Positions 37,915 through 48,300 of a stretch of DNA of 64,000 bases are shown here, piece after piece. The stretch's first letter is position 1. Each line of letters begins with the position of its first letter. The position numbers and the translations under genes were made by a program. A model generated the notes under the pieces. It searched no databases. It was not told where the DNA came from and saw only the letters and a list, made by a program, of their open reading frames with translations. Source of the DNA: an uncultured Pseudomonadota bacterium (lineage in GTDB: Bacteria > Myxococcota_A > Polyangia > Fen-1088); the NCBI GenBank assembly GCA_963847705.1, contig CAWKBC010000047.1, forward strand, positions 160,001-224,000, written 5' to 3'.

Positions 37915-39180
37915 ATGCCTGACGAGAGCCCTTCGCATTCGCAAGATGCGGCCGGACGGTCGGAGAGTTCGAAACGGCCGTCGCAGCGGACGCTCCGGGG
38001 GCTCGACGGGCTGAATTTCCTGTTGGCCGATGTGCAGACCGGGGTGGGGCCGTTCCTCGCGATTTACCTGGCCGGCTACAAATGGAACGAAGAACGGGTC
38101 GGGCTTGCGCTGACGGTCGGCGGAATCGCAGGAATCCTCGCGCAGACACCGGCCGGCGCCCTCGTCGACTTGCTCGAGTCGAAGCGGGCGCTCGTCGCCG
38201 TCGCCGTGGCCGCGCTGGCCGCGGGAGCTTTGCTGATCGCGCTCTGCCCGTCGCTCTGGCCGGTCATGGGCGCCCAGGTCCTCATAGGGGGCACCTCCAG
38301 CGTCTTCATCCCGGCCATCTGCGCAATGTCGCTTGGAATCGTCGGGCGGGGCCGGTTCGACGAGCGCCAAGGTCGTAATCAGACCTTCAACTCGGCGGGC
38401 AACGTCACGGCCGCCGTGTCGATGGGTCTCCTCGGCTATCTGGTTTCCAATCGGAGCATCTTCTTCTTCGTCGTGGCTCTCGCGATACCCACGATCCTCG
38501 TTCTCTCCTTGATCAGACCCGCCGAGATCGACCACGAGGTCGCCCGCGGCGCCAACGACGGAGAAAAGGGCGGGAAAGCGGAGAGCGTCTGGGTCCTCTT
38601 CCGGGACCGACCCCTGGTGATCTTCCTCGCCTGCGCCGTCATGTTCCACTTCGCGAACGCGGCAATGCTCCCGCTGCTGGGCGAGCAGCTGGCCAAGGGT
38701 CGCGGGCGAGGTTCGATGCTCTTCATGTCGGCGTGCGTGGTGACGACCCAGCTCGTCATCACGCTGATCGCCTCCTGGTCGGGACGGAAAGCCGGAACGT
38801 TGGGACGAAAGCCACTCCTGCTGATCGCTTTCGGCGTCCTTCCGATTCGTGGCGTTCTTTATACCCTGACGTCCAACACAGTCTTGCTGGTGGCGATTCA
38901 GATTCTGGATGGTGTTGGGGCCGGGATCTTCGGCGTGGTGTCGGTCCTGGTGATCGCCGATCTGACGCGCGGGACGGGCCGCTTCAACCTCACGCTCGGA
39001 GCCATCACCACCGCCGTCGGTATCGGCGCTGCGCTCAGTCAGGTGATCGCCGGAAGCATGGTCCACCACCTCGGCTCCCGCGCCGGCTTTCTATTCCTCT
39101 CGGCGGTGGCGGCGGCCGCCTTTTCAGTCCTGTACGCCTTCATGCCCGAGACGAACACCAAAAGAGCGGCTCACGCGTGA
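37915..39180 (+). CDS. MFS transporter
   Basis: LNFLLADVQTGVGPF, FHFANAAMLP, DLTRGTGRFN; about 12 TM. Confidence 0.9.
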   Translation: MPDESPSHSQDAAGRSESSKRPSQRTLRGLDGLNFLLADVQTGVGPFLAIYLAGYKWNEERVGLALTVGGIAGILAQTPAGALVDLLESKRALVAVAVAALAAGALLIALCPSLWPVMGAQVLIGGTSSVFIPAICAMSLGIVGRGRFDERQGRNQTFNSAGNVTAAVSMGLLGYLVSNRSIFFFVVALAIPTILVLSLIRPAEIDHEVARGANDGEKGGKAESVWVLFRDRPLVIFLACAVMFHFANAAMLPLLGEQLAKGRGRGSMLFMSACVVTTQLVITLIASWSGRKAGTLGRKPLLLIAFGVLPIRGVLYTLTSNTVLLVAIQILDGVGAGIFGVVSVLVIADLTRGTGRFNLTLGAITTAVGIGAALSQVIAGSMVHHLGSRAGFLFLSAVAAAAFSVLYAFMPETNTKRAAHA

Positions 39181-40460
39181 CGGGCGACGTACGCGTCGTC
39201 GCGACGCTGGTGGTCTTCGCCGCGGTGCTCGTCGCGGTCGTCGTGCGCCCGCGGGGTTGGAACGAGGCGTGGTGGACCGTGTTCGGGGCTCTCGCGATGC
39301 TGGGGCTCGGCCTCGTCTCGCCACGGGAAGCGATAGCAGCTGCGTTCGCCGGGAAGAACGCCCTTCTGTTCCTTTTGTCGCTTTTGTCGCTCTCGATGCT
39401 GGTCGGCAAGAGCGGATTCTTCGAGTGGGCTGCCCTGCGATGCGCGCGATTCGCCAAGGGCGACGCGCGCGTTCTCTATCGGAATGCATTCCTGCTCGGC
39501 GCGATCGTCACCGCCGTCCTTTCCCTCGACACCACGGCCGTCATCCTGACGCCGGTCGTGCTGGCTCTCGTCCGTAGGCTCAAGCTGCCGGCCGCGCCAT
39601 ACGTCGCCCTCTGCGCTTTCGTGGCGAACGTCGGCTCCCTGCTGCTCCCCGTCAGCAACCTCACGAACATTCTCTTCGCGGATGCCTTCCGCCTGGGCTT
39701 CGCCTTCTTTGCGAGTCGAATGCTCGTCCCTCAACTGACAGCGCTCTTGGCGACCTACGCCATCCTGCGCTGGCACTTTCGGGGAGAGCTTCCGGAACGG
39801 TTCGAGCACGAGTCGCTTCCGAGCGCCCACAGCGCGGTCCCGGATCGTCCCTATTTCATCATGTGCGTGACCGTCCTGATCCTGGTCCTGATCGGATACT
39901 TTCTTTTGCCCCTGGTGGGCGTCGCGCCCTACGTCATCGCGTTCGCCGGCAGCGGCGCCCTGGCGATCGCAGGCGCCGCGAGAGGACGCGTCCCGCTCCG
40001 CGCCGTCGGCGAGCTCGCCTGGGGTGTCTTTCCTTTCGTGCTCGGGTTCTTCGTCGTCGTTCGAGGCCTCGAAAACCTCGGTCTGGTCGAGCGGTTGTCG
40101 GCGTGGCTCCCGCATCTGACGCCAGGTTCAAAGGGAAGCCTTTTGGTCGTCTCCGGCGCAACGGCCGCAGCCTCGAATGTCATGAACAACCTGCCGGCCG
40201 CCTTGCTGTCGCGCAGTGTGCTCCTGGAATCGCACGCGGACGTTGGGATGGTCCTCGCCGGGCTCGTCGGCGCCGACGTCGGACCGATGATCACCCCATT
40301 CGGCTCACTGGCCACCATGCTCGTTTTGGCGCTTGCCCGGCGCGAGGGGCAAGAGCCGCGCGCTGGTCGCCTGCTGGCGCTGGGGTTGTGGGCCACCCCT
40401 CTGATTGTTGTAGCCGCCACGGTCGCCCTGACGGTCGTCGTCCACCTGGGTCTACGGTAG
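39177..40460 (+). CDS. ArsB/NhaD (ion transporter superfamily) permease
   Basis: GTGA overlap with the MFS gene; LSLDTTAVILTPVV, SLLLPVSNLTN, NNLPA, GSLATML. Confidence 0.85.
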   Translation: MTGDVRVVATLVVFAAVLVAVVVRPRGWNEAWWTVFGALAMLGLGLVSPREAIAAAFAGKNALLFLLSLLSLSMLVGKSGFFEWAALRCARFAKGDARVLYRNAFLLGAIVTAVLSLDTTAVILTPVVLALVRRLKLPAAPYVALCAFVANVGSLLLPVSNLTNILFADAFRLGFAFFASRMLVPQLTALLATYAILRWHFRGELPERFEHESLPSAHSAVPDRPYFIMCVTVLILVLIGYFLLPLVGVAPYVIAFAGSGALAIAGAARGRVPLRAVGELAWGVFPFVLGFFVVVRGLENLGLVERLSAWLPHLTPGSKGSLLVVSGATAAASNVMNNLPAALLSRSVLLESHADVGMVLAGLVGADVGPMITPFGSLATMLVLALARREGQEPRAGRLLALGLWATPLIVVAATVALTVVVHLGLR

Positions 40461-40705
40461 GAGCCAGGGAGGCCCGGGTCGTCCGGGAGGTCGAGCGGTC
40501 TTTGCCGCTTTCCCCGCGAAGGGCCGCTCGGAGCTACGGATGGTCACGGCCTTGATGCCTGGCCTCGTCCCAGCGTGTCGAGATTTTCGCAGCGGGCCTT
40601 GACTCGTGGGCCCGCGCGCCTACCTCATTTGATGTTGTACGGAATAAGGCGAACCCTTAATCTGAGGGTCCGCGGTCGGCGACAGCCGTGTCCCAGCTCT
40701 TCCCG

Positions 40706-42286
40706 ATGTCGCGCCCCATAGACATCCTGTTGGTCGACGACGAGGCCAGAAACCTCGACGCGCTGGAGGCGATTCTGGACAGCCCCGGCTATCGGCTTCT
40801 CCGGGCCGAAGACGCCGATCGGGCGCTGCGTCTGCTCCTGGAGAACGACGTCGCGGCCATCGTCCTCGACGTCAAGATGCCTCAGGTGAGCGGCCTCGAG
40901 CTGGCGCAGATGATCAAGAACACCCGGCGTTTCCGCCAGACCCCGATCGTGTTCTTGACCGCCCACCTCATCGACGATCTGAACATCGCCGCCGGCTATG
41001 ACGTCGGCGCGGTCGACTATCTGACCAAGCCGGTGAACTCGCAGGTGCTTCGGCACAAGGTCGCCGTGTTCGCCGACCTGTTTCGCAAGACGCGCGAGTT
41101 GGCCGACCTGAACGAGAGGCTCGAGGACCGGGTGAAGGAACGGACCTTGGAGCTCGGACGGTCGGAAGCGGCACTCCGCGCGGCCGCCCAAGAGAAGGAC
41201 GAGTTCTTGGCGGTTCTCGCTCACGAGCTCCGCAACCCGCTCGGACCTCTGCGCACCGGCCTCGATCTGCTGCTTCGGCGAAAGAACGCCGAGCCGGTCG
41301 TCACTCGCACCCTCGGCACGATGGATCGGCAGCTTCGCCACATGGTTCGGTTGATCGACGATCTGTTGGATATCTCTCGAATCAGCCGGGGCCTGCTGGA
41401 GCTCAAGAAGGAGCCCGTCGATCTCGGTGAGCTCCTGGCGGAGACGGTCGAATCATTGCGGTCAGGGTTCGAGAGTCGTTGCCAGGAGCTGGTGCTTGAG
41501 AGCGAGGTCGGCATCGGAGCCGTGGCGGATCCGACTCGAGTGGCTCAGATCGTGACGAACCTGCTCACCAATGCCGCCAAGTTCACGCCGGAGGAGGGCC
41601 GGATCGGCGTCCAGTTGGCGCGGGAGGGAGACCGCGCGTTGATCCGGGTCGCCGATACCGGGGTTGGCGTACCGGCCGATCAGCTTGATCGCATCTTCGG
41701 CATGTTCACGCGGATCGAGCGACGCGAGGTCACCGGTCAGGCGGGGCTGGGAATCGGGTTGGCGCTGGCAAGACGTCTGGCGAAAATGCACGGTGGCGAT
41801 TTGAGTGTGGCGAGCTCCGGTGAGGGAGCAGGGAGCACCTTCACGCTTTCTTTGCCACTCTCCGAGGTCGCGCCCGCGTCCATCAGTCCGCCGCGCCAAG
41901 GGTCGGCGAGCGACCCGGTCGACCGCGTGCGAATCGTGATCATCGAGGACAACGAAGACGTCGCCGAGTCACTCAAGGATCTTCTCGAGGAGTCGGGACA
42001 TCGGGTCTGGTCCGCCCCTAGCGGCTCCCTCGGTATTCATCTGGTCCAAGAAGTGAATCCCAACGTCGTGCTGTGCGATCTTGGGCTGCCCCAGATGGGG
42101 GGCGTCGAGGTCTGCCGGCGGATTCGCGCTCTTCCCCTCGCCGTTCGACCGCTCATGGTGGCCGTGTCCGGATGGGGACGAGAAGAGGATCGTCGCCAGA
42201 CGCGCGAGGCTGGCTTCGATCACCACCTGGTCAAACCGGTGGCGGTTCACAGCTTGGACCAGTTGCTGCGCATCGTGACCAGCTGA
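40706..42286 (+). CDS. Hybrid histidine kinase REC-HisKA-HATPase-REC
   Basis: ILLVDD..LDVKMP, FLAVLAHELRNPL, NLLTNAAKF, GLGIGL, C-terminal REC CDLGLP. Confidence 0.93.
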   Translation: MSRPIDILLVDDEARNLDALEAILDSPGYRLLRAEDADRALRLLLENDVAAIVLDVKMPQVSGLELAQMIKNTRRFRQTPIVFLTAHLIDDLNIAAGYDVGAVDYLTKPVNSQVLRHKVAVFADLFRKTRELADLNERLEDRVKERTLELGRSEAALRAAAQEKDEFLAVLAHELRNPLGPLRTGLDLLLRRKNAEPVVTRTLGTMDRQLRHMVRLIDDLLDISRISRGLLELKKEPVDLGELLAETVESLRSGFESRCQELVLESEVGIGAVADPTRVAQIVTNLLTNAAKFTPEEGRIGVQLAREGDRALIRVADTGVGVPADQLDRIFGMFTRIERREVTGQAGLGIGLALARRLAKMHGGDLSVASSGEGAGSTFTLSLPLSEVAPASISPPRQGSASDPVDRVRIVIIEDNEDVAESLKDLLEESGHRVWSAPSGSLGIHLVQEVNPNVVLCDLGLPQMGGVEVCRRIRALPLAVRPLMVAVSGWGREEDRRQTREAGFDHHLVKPVAVHSLDQLLRIVTS

Positions 42287-42337
42287 GCTCGTTGGCGGCG
42301 GCGCCCCGGGCTGGTGCCGACACATCCGGAGGCATCA

Positions 42338-42445
42338 ATGGTCATGCCAGCCGCGCAGTCCATCACCAGGGCGTGGCGGGACGTCTCCATCGCGAGGAAG
42401 CTGTGCTTCGTCGCAGGGATCATGGCTTTCTTGATCGTCGGTGAG
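42338..42445 (+). pseudogene. N-terminal remnant of a membrane sensor kinase/chemoreceptor-like gene
   Basis: GGAGG SD then MVMPAAQSITRAWRDVSIARKLCFVAGIMAFLIVGE, resembling the 'SIxxKL+TM1' start of HAMP sensors; sequence loses coding character afterwards. Confidence 0.4.
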
Positions 42446-42519
42446 AGGCGTAGCCGCCGCCGCGAGCACCATTGCAGCTCGCCTATTTCGTGGGCATCGG
42501 CCAAGATTCGTGCTCTTGC

Positions 42520-44049
42520 ATGGAGCTGGAGTCCAATATCAAGACCATCGCCGAAGCGTTCGATGGGGCTCTCGATCCTGTAGTTGCTGTCGGCCACGGC
42601 GGAGTCGTGCTCTACGCCAACCCGGCGGCCCGCCACCGCTGGCCCGACCATCCTTCGATCGCGTCCATCTCGCCGTTGGGGGACGCGCTGGCCCGGGTGC
42701 TTCCAACAGGCGAACCGGCACGATTCCAATGGGGCGACACGTCTCCAGCTGGTGTCAGGTCGTGGTACGCATCCGCGGTGTCGCCGATCCGCGACGGCCA
42801 ACGGACGGTTGCATGGCTCTGCGTCTCGACGGAGGTGACCGAGCTGAAGAGGAATGAGGAGCGCTTGCTGCGAGCCGAAAAGCTGATGGTCGACACCCAG
42901 GGCGTCGCCCATCTGGGCACCTGGGAGTGGGACCTCAGTGAACCGCACGCGTTTTGGTCGGCAGAGCTGTTTCGCATCTATGGACTGACACCCGAGACCT
43001 ACACGCCGAGTTACGAGGCCTATCTCACCATGGTGCACCCGGATGATCGGCAGCGGGTGATGGACGCAACCAATCGCGTGTTCCATGAGCACATTCCGTA
43101 CTCTCACGACGAGCGTATCTTCCGGCCAGACGGATCCATGCGCTACCTGCACACCTGGGCCCATCCTATTCTCGATGATGAGGGCAAGTTGCGCCGGCTC
43201 GTGGGCGTCTGCCAGGACATCACCGAGCTCAAGGAGGTGGAGCGGCAGGTTCGCGAGATGAACGCCGATCTCGAACGTCGCGTCGGCGAGCGCACGCGCC
43301 AGCTCGAGGCGTCGATGCGTGATCTGGAATCGTTCAATGCCATGATCAGTCACGATCTCCGCGCGCCTCTCAATGTGATCGAATTGGCGTCAACGACGAT
43401 CGGTCGGCTTCCGGAGGCGGCCCGCGCCACGGAGCGCATCCGTCGCGCCGTCGGACAGATGACAATGCTGATCGACGACCTCCTCGGTCTCGCTCATATC
43501 GGTGAAGCGACCCTGCGCTGGGGGCCAGTCGACATATCCGGGATGGCCCGGGAGATCCTGGCAGATCTCAAGCAGTCCTCCCCGACGCGGGCCGTCCAGG
43601 TGGATATTGAGGACGGGATTACCTGCTTCGGAGACCCGGGCCTGATGCGGGCCGCGCTTCAGAACCTTCTGGAGAATGCCTGGAAGTACACGTCTCGTGC
43701 TGCTGCTCCGACAATCTCCGTGGCGACGACGATCGAATACGGTCCGCGGGTCCTCGTTGTGAGCGACAACGGGGCCGGGTTCGACATGAAGGACGCCGAG
43801 CGACTGTTCCGGCCCTTCCAGCGCTTGCACGCGGACAGTGAGTTCACTGGCACCGGCGTGGGCCTCGCCTCAGTGCAAAGGATCCTGGAGCGGCACGGCG
43901 CGCGCATCTGGGCGGAAGGCGTGCCGGGCAAGGGTGCAAACTTTTTTGCCGAGCTGCCGGACGCCGAGTCGGGGCCCATTCAAGCGCGCCGGGAGCCCGC
44001 AGCGCCGGACTCGCAGACTCGCAGACCCGTGCCGATGCCATCACCGTAA
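42520..44049 (+). CDS. PAS-domain sensor histidine kinase
   Basis: PAS (GTWEWD..VHPDDR..RPDGS), SHDLRAPL, NLLENAWKYT, GTGVGLA. Confidence 0.92.
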   Translation: MELESNIKTIAEAFDGALDPVVAVGHGGVVLYANPAARHRWPDHPSIASISPLGDALARVLPTGEPARFQWGDTSPAGVRSWYASAVSPIRDGQRTVAWLCVSTEVTELKRNEERLLRAEKLMVDTQGVAHLGTWEWDLSEPHAFWSAELFRIYGLTPETYTPSYEAYLTMVHPDDRQRVMDATNRVFHEHIPYSHDERIFRPDGSMRYLHTWAHPILDDEGKLRRLVGVCQDITELKEVERQVREMNADLERRVGERTRQLEASMRDLESFNAMISHDLRAPLNVIELASTTIGRLPEAARATERIRRAVGQMTMLIDDLLGLAHIGEATLRWGPVDISGMAREILADLKQSSPTRAVQVDIEDGITCFGDPGLMRAALQNLLENAWKYTSRAAAPTISVATTIEYGPRVLVVSDNGAGFDMKDAERLFRPFQRLHADSEFTGTGVGLASVQRILERHGARIWAEGVPGKGANFFAELPDAESGPIQARREPAAPDSQTRRPVPMPSP

Positions 44050-44332
44050 CGACAAGCCGGGACCCGGGAGGGGTGCGCTTGGGCGCGGTCCTTTCAGGCG
44101 CGTCCGGCATGCTGACGCCGCTCGAAGTTTTGCTTGCGGCGAGACCCTTGTCGTTGACGCTTGCGTCCCTTATTCCCGGAGGGCTTCAGGGAGACAACGG
44201 ATCCGAATCGTCGAGCGGGTCCGGCGAGAAGGGGGCGCCCCCGGACGTATCGCCGATGTGAACGCGGGCTCGGGGCTGCGCAGGGCGCTACCCCGGAGGC
44301 GCGCCCGGTCGGCTCCAGGAAGTTCGACGCAT

Positions 44333-44743
44333 TCAACCGGCCCTGACCGAGATCTGCCTGGGCCGCGCCTTCTCCACCTTCGGAAGCTCCAGCCTGAGCA
44401 CGCCGTTGTCGAGCTGCGCGTCGATCTTCATCTGATCGATCGTCTCCGACAGGCTGAATTGACGGAAGAACACTCCCGACTCGTATTCCCGGAGGACGTC
44501 GGCCTCTCTGGCGGTCTCCGGCGGCGTGACCTGCCCGGTCAGCGTCAGAACGCTTTCGCGGAGGTCAATCTTCAAGTCTTGAGCCTTCACACCCGGCATG
44601 TCCGCGAAGACGGTGATCGAGCTTTCGTTCTCGAAGATGTCGACGGCTGGCGAGTAGACGGGCCCCGGGCGGGTCTGCTCGGGAACCGTCGGAACGGTTC
44701 CTGCTTCGGATTTCTGGACGTCTGTTCTTGTTTCCCTTGCCAT
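44333..44743 (-). CDS. Hsp20/alpha-crystallin small heat shock protein
   Basis: PAVDIFE, ADMPGV, FFRQFSL, LDNGVLRLELPK; GAGGAGG SD. Confidence 0.93.
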   Translation of the reverse strand: MARETRTDVQKSEAGTVPTVPEQTRPGPVYSPAVDIFENESSITVFADMPGVKAQDLKIDLRESVLTLTGQVTPPETAREADVLREYESGVFFRQFSLSETIDQMKIDAQLDNGVLRLELPKVEKARPRQISVRAG

Positions 44744-44772
44744 GGCGTTTCCCTCCTCTGGCGTCGGCGCGC

Positions 44773-45231
44773 TCATGCCCTCACCGTGATCTGACGCGGC
44801 TTCGCTTGCTCCGCCTTGGGCAGCCTGAGCGTAAGGATGCCCTCGGCGTAGCGAGCCTCGACCCCTTCCGCGTCGATCTCGGTCGGAAGCGTCACCGTGC
44901 GGTTGAACGATCCCTCGGCCCTCTCTTTGCGGTGGTAGCTGACCTGCTCGTGCTCTCGGGGAATCTCGCGTTGCCCCGAAATGGACACGCGATTCCGGAG
45001 CGCGGAGATCGAAATGTCGGCCGGCTTCATGCCTGGAACCTCGGCGCGCAGATAGAAGGCGTCGTCGTCCTGCGTGACGTTCATCGGCGGGAAGACGCCG
45101 GCGCCCGTCCGGGCCACAGTATCGCCCGCGGCCGTGTCGAAGAGACGCAGCACCTCGCGCCGCATCTGATCGAAGTCTGAAAATGGGTTTTCGAACGTCG
45201 GCCGCGAGGGCCAGACTCGTCGCACAAGCAT
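44773..45231 (-). CDS. Hsp20/alpha-crystallin small heat shock protein
   Basis: FPPMNV, RAEVPG, ERAEGSFNR, YAEGILTLRLPK; AAGGAGG SD. Confidence 0.93.
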   Translation of the reverse strand: MLVRRVWPSRPTFENPFSDFDQMRREVLRLFDTAAGDTVARTGAGVFPPMNVTQDDDAFYLRAEVPGMKPADISISALRNRVSISGQREIPREHEQVSYHRKERAEGSFNRTVTLPTEIDAEGVEARYAEGILTLRLPKAEQAKPRQITVRA

Positions 45232-45336
45232 GGTTGACCTCCTTGGTGGGTTGCCCGAGAAAACGATCCGGGTCGTTGTGGTTTGTCAGCTAAACACGCG
45301 GGTTTTGGCGTCAAGTGGGTCGCGGTGCGCGCACCC

Positions 45337-45627
45337 TCAGGCGTACATCTGGCCGGCGCCGCAAGAGCGGGGTGCCAGCGGCGGCGCGGGAATGAGGTCG
45401 CCGTGCCGGGGGCCAAATTCGCTCGGGTCGGCACCGGCGGCGCTCTTCGACAGATCCAATCGATCAATCGCAGCGAGTCCCACCTGCCGCTCGATGGCCG
45501 CCAGGGCGAGCAAGGTCGGGCAGTCCGTCGAGACGGTCCGGTCGACTAGCTCGACTGAATACCCGTAGGACTCGAGCACGCCCCGAACAGATCGAGCAGA
45601 GATCGCATGTGAAAGCGTAACGCGCAT
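45337..45627 (-). CDS. Small hypothetical protein upstream of the hsp20 pair
   Basis: Strong GAGGAGG SD before ATG 45627; no recognisable motif. Confidence 0.45.
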   Translation of the reverse strand: MRVTLSHAISARSVRGVLESYGYSVELVDRTVSTDCPTLLALAAIERQVGLAAIDRLDLSKSAAGADPSEFGPRHGDLIPAPPLAPRSCGAGQMYA

Positions 45628-45782
45628 CTGTCTCGTCCTCCTCGGGGCACCGAATAATCACCTTCTCGCGAGCGACAAGCGGCGATGGAAGGTCGGTCCC
45701 GGCAGCCCATCGTCGGAAGAATTGTGGGGAAGAATTTTCCCGTACCCACGGTTTCGGAAGCAACTGCCCAGGGAGCTCGATC

Positions 45783-47327
45783 ATGCGCTTCGTTCACAAC
45801 GCGGCGATATTCGCGGCCTTAGGCGCCGCGGGCGTATCTTGGTCCTGCAACGGGAGAGGCCTGGCGGCCAGCGCACCCGGAGACCAGGCGCCTCGAGCCG
45901 CCGTCCCGCCGGCCCGCGACCGCTCACCGCCAGTCGCGGCCGTCAGTCCTCGCACGGAGACGCCCGACGTGGCCCGGACGCTCTCGAGGGCCTTTGCCGC
46001 GACGGCGAAGGCTGTCCGGGCGAGCGTCGTCCGGATCGACGTGCGCAAGCAGCGGCCAGCAATCGCGCAGGGACGCGGGTACCCCTGGGGCGGGGGAGCG
46101 CCCTTTGGAAACGCCCCGCCGTCCTTCCTTCCTTTCCAGTTCGGCGGAGCCCCGGACTCTCCGGGCCCCGCGACGCCCGTTGGCGGCACCGGGTCGGGCA
46201 TCATCATCGACACCGCTGGCAACATCGTCACGAACAGCCACGTGGTCGACGGCTTTTCCGAGATCGAGGTGACGCTCTCGGACGGACAGCAGATCCCGGC
46301 CAGGCTGATCGGGAAGGACAGCCGTACCGACGTCGCGGTGGTGCGGCTCGAACGCGTCCCCAAGGATCTCGTGGCGGCGCGCCTCGGCGACTCGAATCAG
46401 ATCGAGGTCGGAGAGTGGGTGCTCGCCATCGGCAGCCCGCTCGGACTGGAGCAGACGGTGACGGCAGGAATCGTGAGCGGCAAGGGTCACGTCGGGCGAT
46501 TCGTGCGGATGTCCGGCGATCGCGTGCGCGAGTACATCCAGACCGACGCCAAGATCAATCCCGGCAACTCCGGCGGGCCGCTCGTGAATCTCGACGGCGA
46601 GGTCGTCGGGCTCAACACCCTCATCAAAACGGGCGCAGGCGGCGCCTACGGCTTCGCCGTGCCGGTCAACGAGGTGCGGCGCGTGGCGCAAGCCTTGCTG
46701 ATGGACGGTCGGGTCCGCTACCCCTTCTTCGGTGTCAGCGTCAAAGACCTCGACGGTCTCGAAGGGGCAGTCAAGGAACAGCTCGGACCGAAGGCGCCTT
46801 CACAGGGAGCCTACGTCACGGTGGTCACGCTCGGCAGCCCGGCGGCGGCCGCCGGCGTCAGGCAGGGGGACGTGATCACGAAGCTGGACGGTGAGGCGAT
46901 CAGAAGCAGCGCCGACGTGGTCGATTACGTCTCCTCGCGCGCGCTCGGGGCGTCGATGACAGTGACGTTGTTCCGAGCCGGCGACCTGCGGCAGCTCAAC
47001 GCGAGGTTGACCGCGGCTCCCGGCGACTCCGACGACCGGAACGAGGTGCCTGCGCTGGGCCTGACGTTACAGTCGCTGACGCCGCTTCTCGCGGGATCGT
47101 TCGGGCTCCCGCCGGGAACGAGGGGCGTCGCGATCGCCGAGGTCGCGCCCGGGAGTCCGGGCGCGCGGGCCGGGCTGAAAGGGGGGGAAGTCATCCTCGA
47201 TGTCGATCACCGGCCCGTGGTCACCGCGGAGGACGCGAGCCGAATCGTCGGCGGCGGGATGGCCCATCTCCTGCGTGTCTACGATCGCGCAGGTATCCGC
47301 TTCGTGACCGTTCAAGGAGCGGGATAG
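45783..47327 (+). CDS. HtrA/DegP-type trypsin-like serine protease with two PDZ domains
   Basis: GSGII, TNSHVV (His), TDVAVV (Asp), INPGNSGGPL (Ser), two PDZ repeats. Confidence 0.93.
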   Translation: MRFVHNAAIFAALGAAGVSWSCNGRGLAASAPGDQAPRAAVPPARDRSPPVAAVSPRTETPDVARTLSRAFAATAKAVRASVVRIDVRKQRPAIAQGRGYPWGGGAPFGNAPPSFLPFQFGGAPDSPGPATPVGGTGSGIIIDTAGNIVTNSHVVDGFSEIEVTLSDGQQIPARLIGKDSRTDVAVVRLERVPKDLVAARLGDSNQIEVGEWVLAIGSPLGLEQTVTAGIVSGKGHVGRFVRMSGDRVREYIQTDAKINPGNSGGPLVNLDGEVVGLNTLIKTGAGGAYGFAVPVNEVRRVAQALLMDGRVRYPFFGVSVKDLDGLEGAVKEQLGPKAPSQGAYVTVVTLGSPAAAAGVRQGDVITKLDGEAIRSSADVVDYVSSRALGASMTVTLFRAGDLRQLNARLTAAPGDSDDRNEVPALGLTLQSLTPLLAGSFGLPPGTRGVAIAEVAPGSPGARAGLKGGEVILDVDHRPVVTAEDASRIVGGGMAHLLRVYDRAGIRFVTVQGAG

Positions 47328-47350
47328 CGCGTTTTGAGGGAGGAACGAAG

Positions 47351-47623
47351 ATGAGCGACCCAGAAGGTGACGTCAACAAATCGACAGAGATCCGGCACCT
47401 CCTCCGCACGGTGAAGACTGCGCTGGAGCTGGCCGTTGTTGCCCGAGCGCCCGTGGACCTGATCAACCGGCTCGGCCGGGCGTCGGGCTTGCTCGATGCC
47501 GTCAGCCAGCTCCCGCTCGACGGAGGGCCCGCGCAAGCGATGACTGTCGGCCTCATCAACGACGCCCACGTCGCGGTCGACACCTGGAAGCGATGGGAGA
47601 AGGGACGTACGCCTGCCGCGTGA
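47351..47623 (+). CDS. Small helical hypothetical protein
   Basis: GGAGGAA SD; coding-like codon usage; follows the degP-like gene. Confidence 0.6.
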   Translation: MSDPEGDVNKSTEIRHLLRTVKTALELAVVARAPVDLINRLGRASGLLDAVSQLPLDGGPAQAMTVGLINDAHVAVDTWKRWEKGRTPAA

Positions 47624-47666
47624 CTGGCCACGAGATGGGCGCCACGGAGGTCGGCGATCCCATTCG

Positions 47667-48296
47667 TCACAGCCCGGAGACGAGACCCGTGGCCGATGCT
47701 TCCATCCCGCCCTTGACTTGGTTGGAAGGTCGCTGCGCTCGGCGTCGGACGAAGGCTTCCCAGATGCGCTTTGCGAGACGTGTGGTTCGTTCACCGAGGA
47801 GCTCCATGCCTTCAAGGCACAGAGGTATTCCTCTCTGACGAGAATGAGGAGACCTGTTCGTGGAGGCTGTGAGAAACGAGGCGTCGGGTCTCCCTGGCGG
47901 GGCTGGTCCTGGCCTCGAAGATGAGTACGCGACGGCAAGCCGTCGTGCGATGATCGGTAACTGAGCACTGCAATCGCGATCATTGCGCGCCGTAACGTTC
48001 TCGTGCCGTGACGCGACGTCCACGGGACCGCGAAGATCCTTCGTGACCCACACCTTTGTTGGAGTATGGATTGCATTGATCCCCGCCTTGATGGCTGCGG
48101 CTATCTGGCAGGCCGGCCTGCGGTCGTTCCCGCTTTCGGCGACGTACTCCGTGGGTGGGAACACAGCACAACGATCTCGACGGAGCAGGTAACCATTCCC
48201 CTTCATGAGCTCGTGCACCTTGTCGTAAAGATGTCGCCTTGCTCGCCAGTGTAGCGGGACGTTGAGCAGCTTGATCCTGATGCTAACCTTGCCCAT
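47667..48296 (-). CDS. Putative GhoS/DUF2622-like ferredoxin-fold protein (similarity only over the first ~87 aa; tail may be read-through)
   Basis: MGKVSIRIKL...YDKVHELMKGNG...PPTEY...VWVTK pattern; strong GGAGGAGG SD; lower GC than flanks. Confidence 0.4.
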   Translation of the reverse strand: MGKVSIRIKLLNVPLHWRARRHLYDKVHELMKGNGYLLRRDRCAVFPPTEYVAESGNDRRPACQIAAAIKAGINAIHTPTKVWVTKDLRGPVDVASRHENVTARNDRDCSAQLPIIARRLAVAYSSSRPGPAPPGRPDASFLTASTNRSPHSRQRGIPLCLEGMELLGERTTRLAKRIWEAFVRRRAQRPSNQVKGGMEASATGLVSGL

Positions 48297-48300
48297 ACAA

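Noticed and set aside
45232-45336. CIRCE, sigma32 or ROSE element upstream of hsp20
   Set aside because: No TTAGCACTC-N9-GAGTGCTAA or CCCCAT box; only a TTGACG hexamer with a poor -10.
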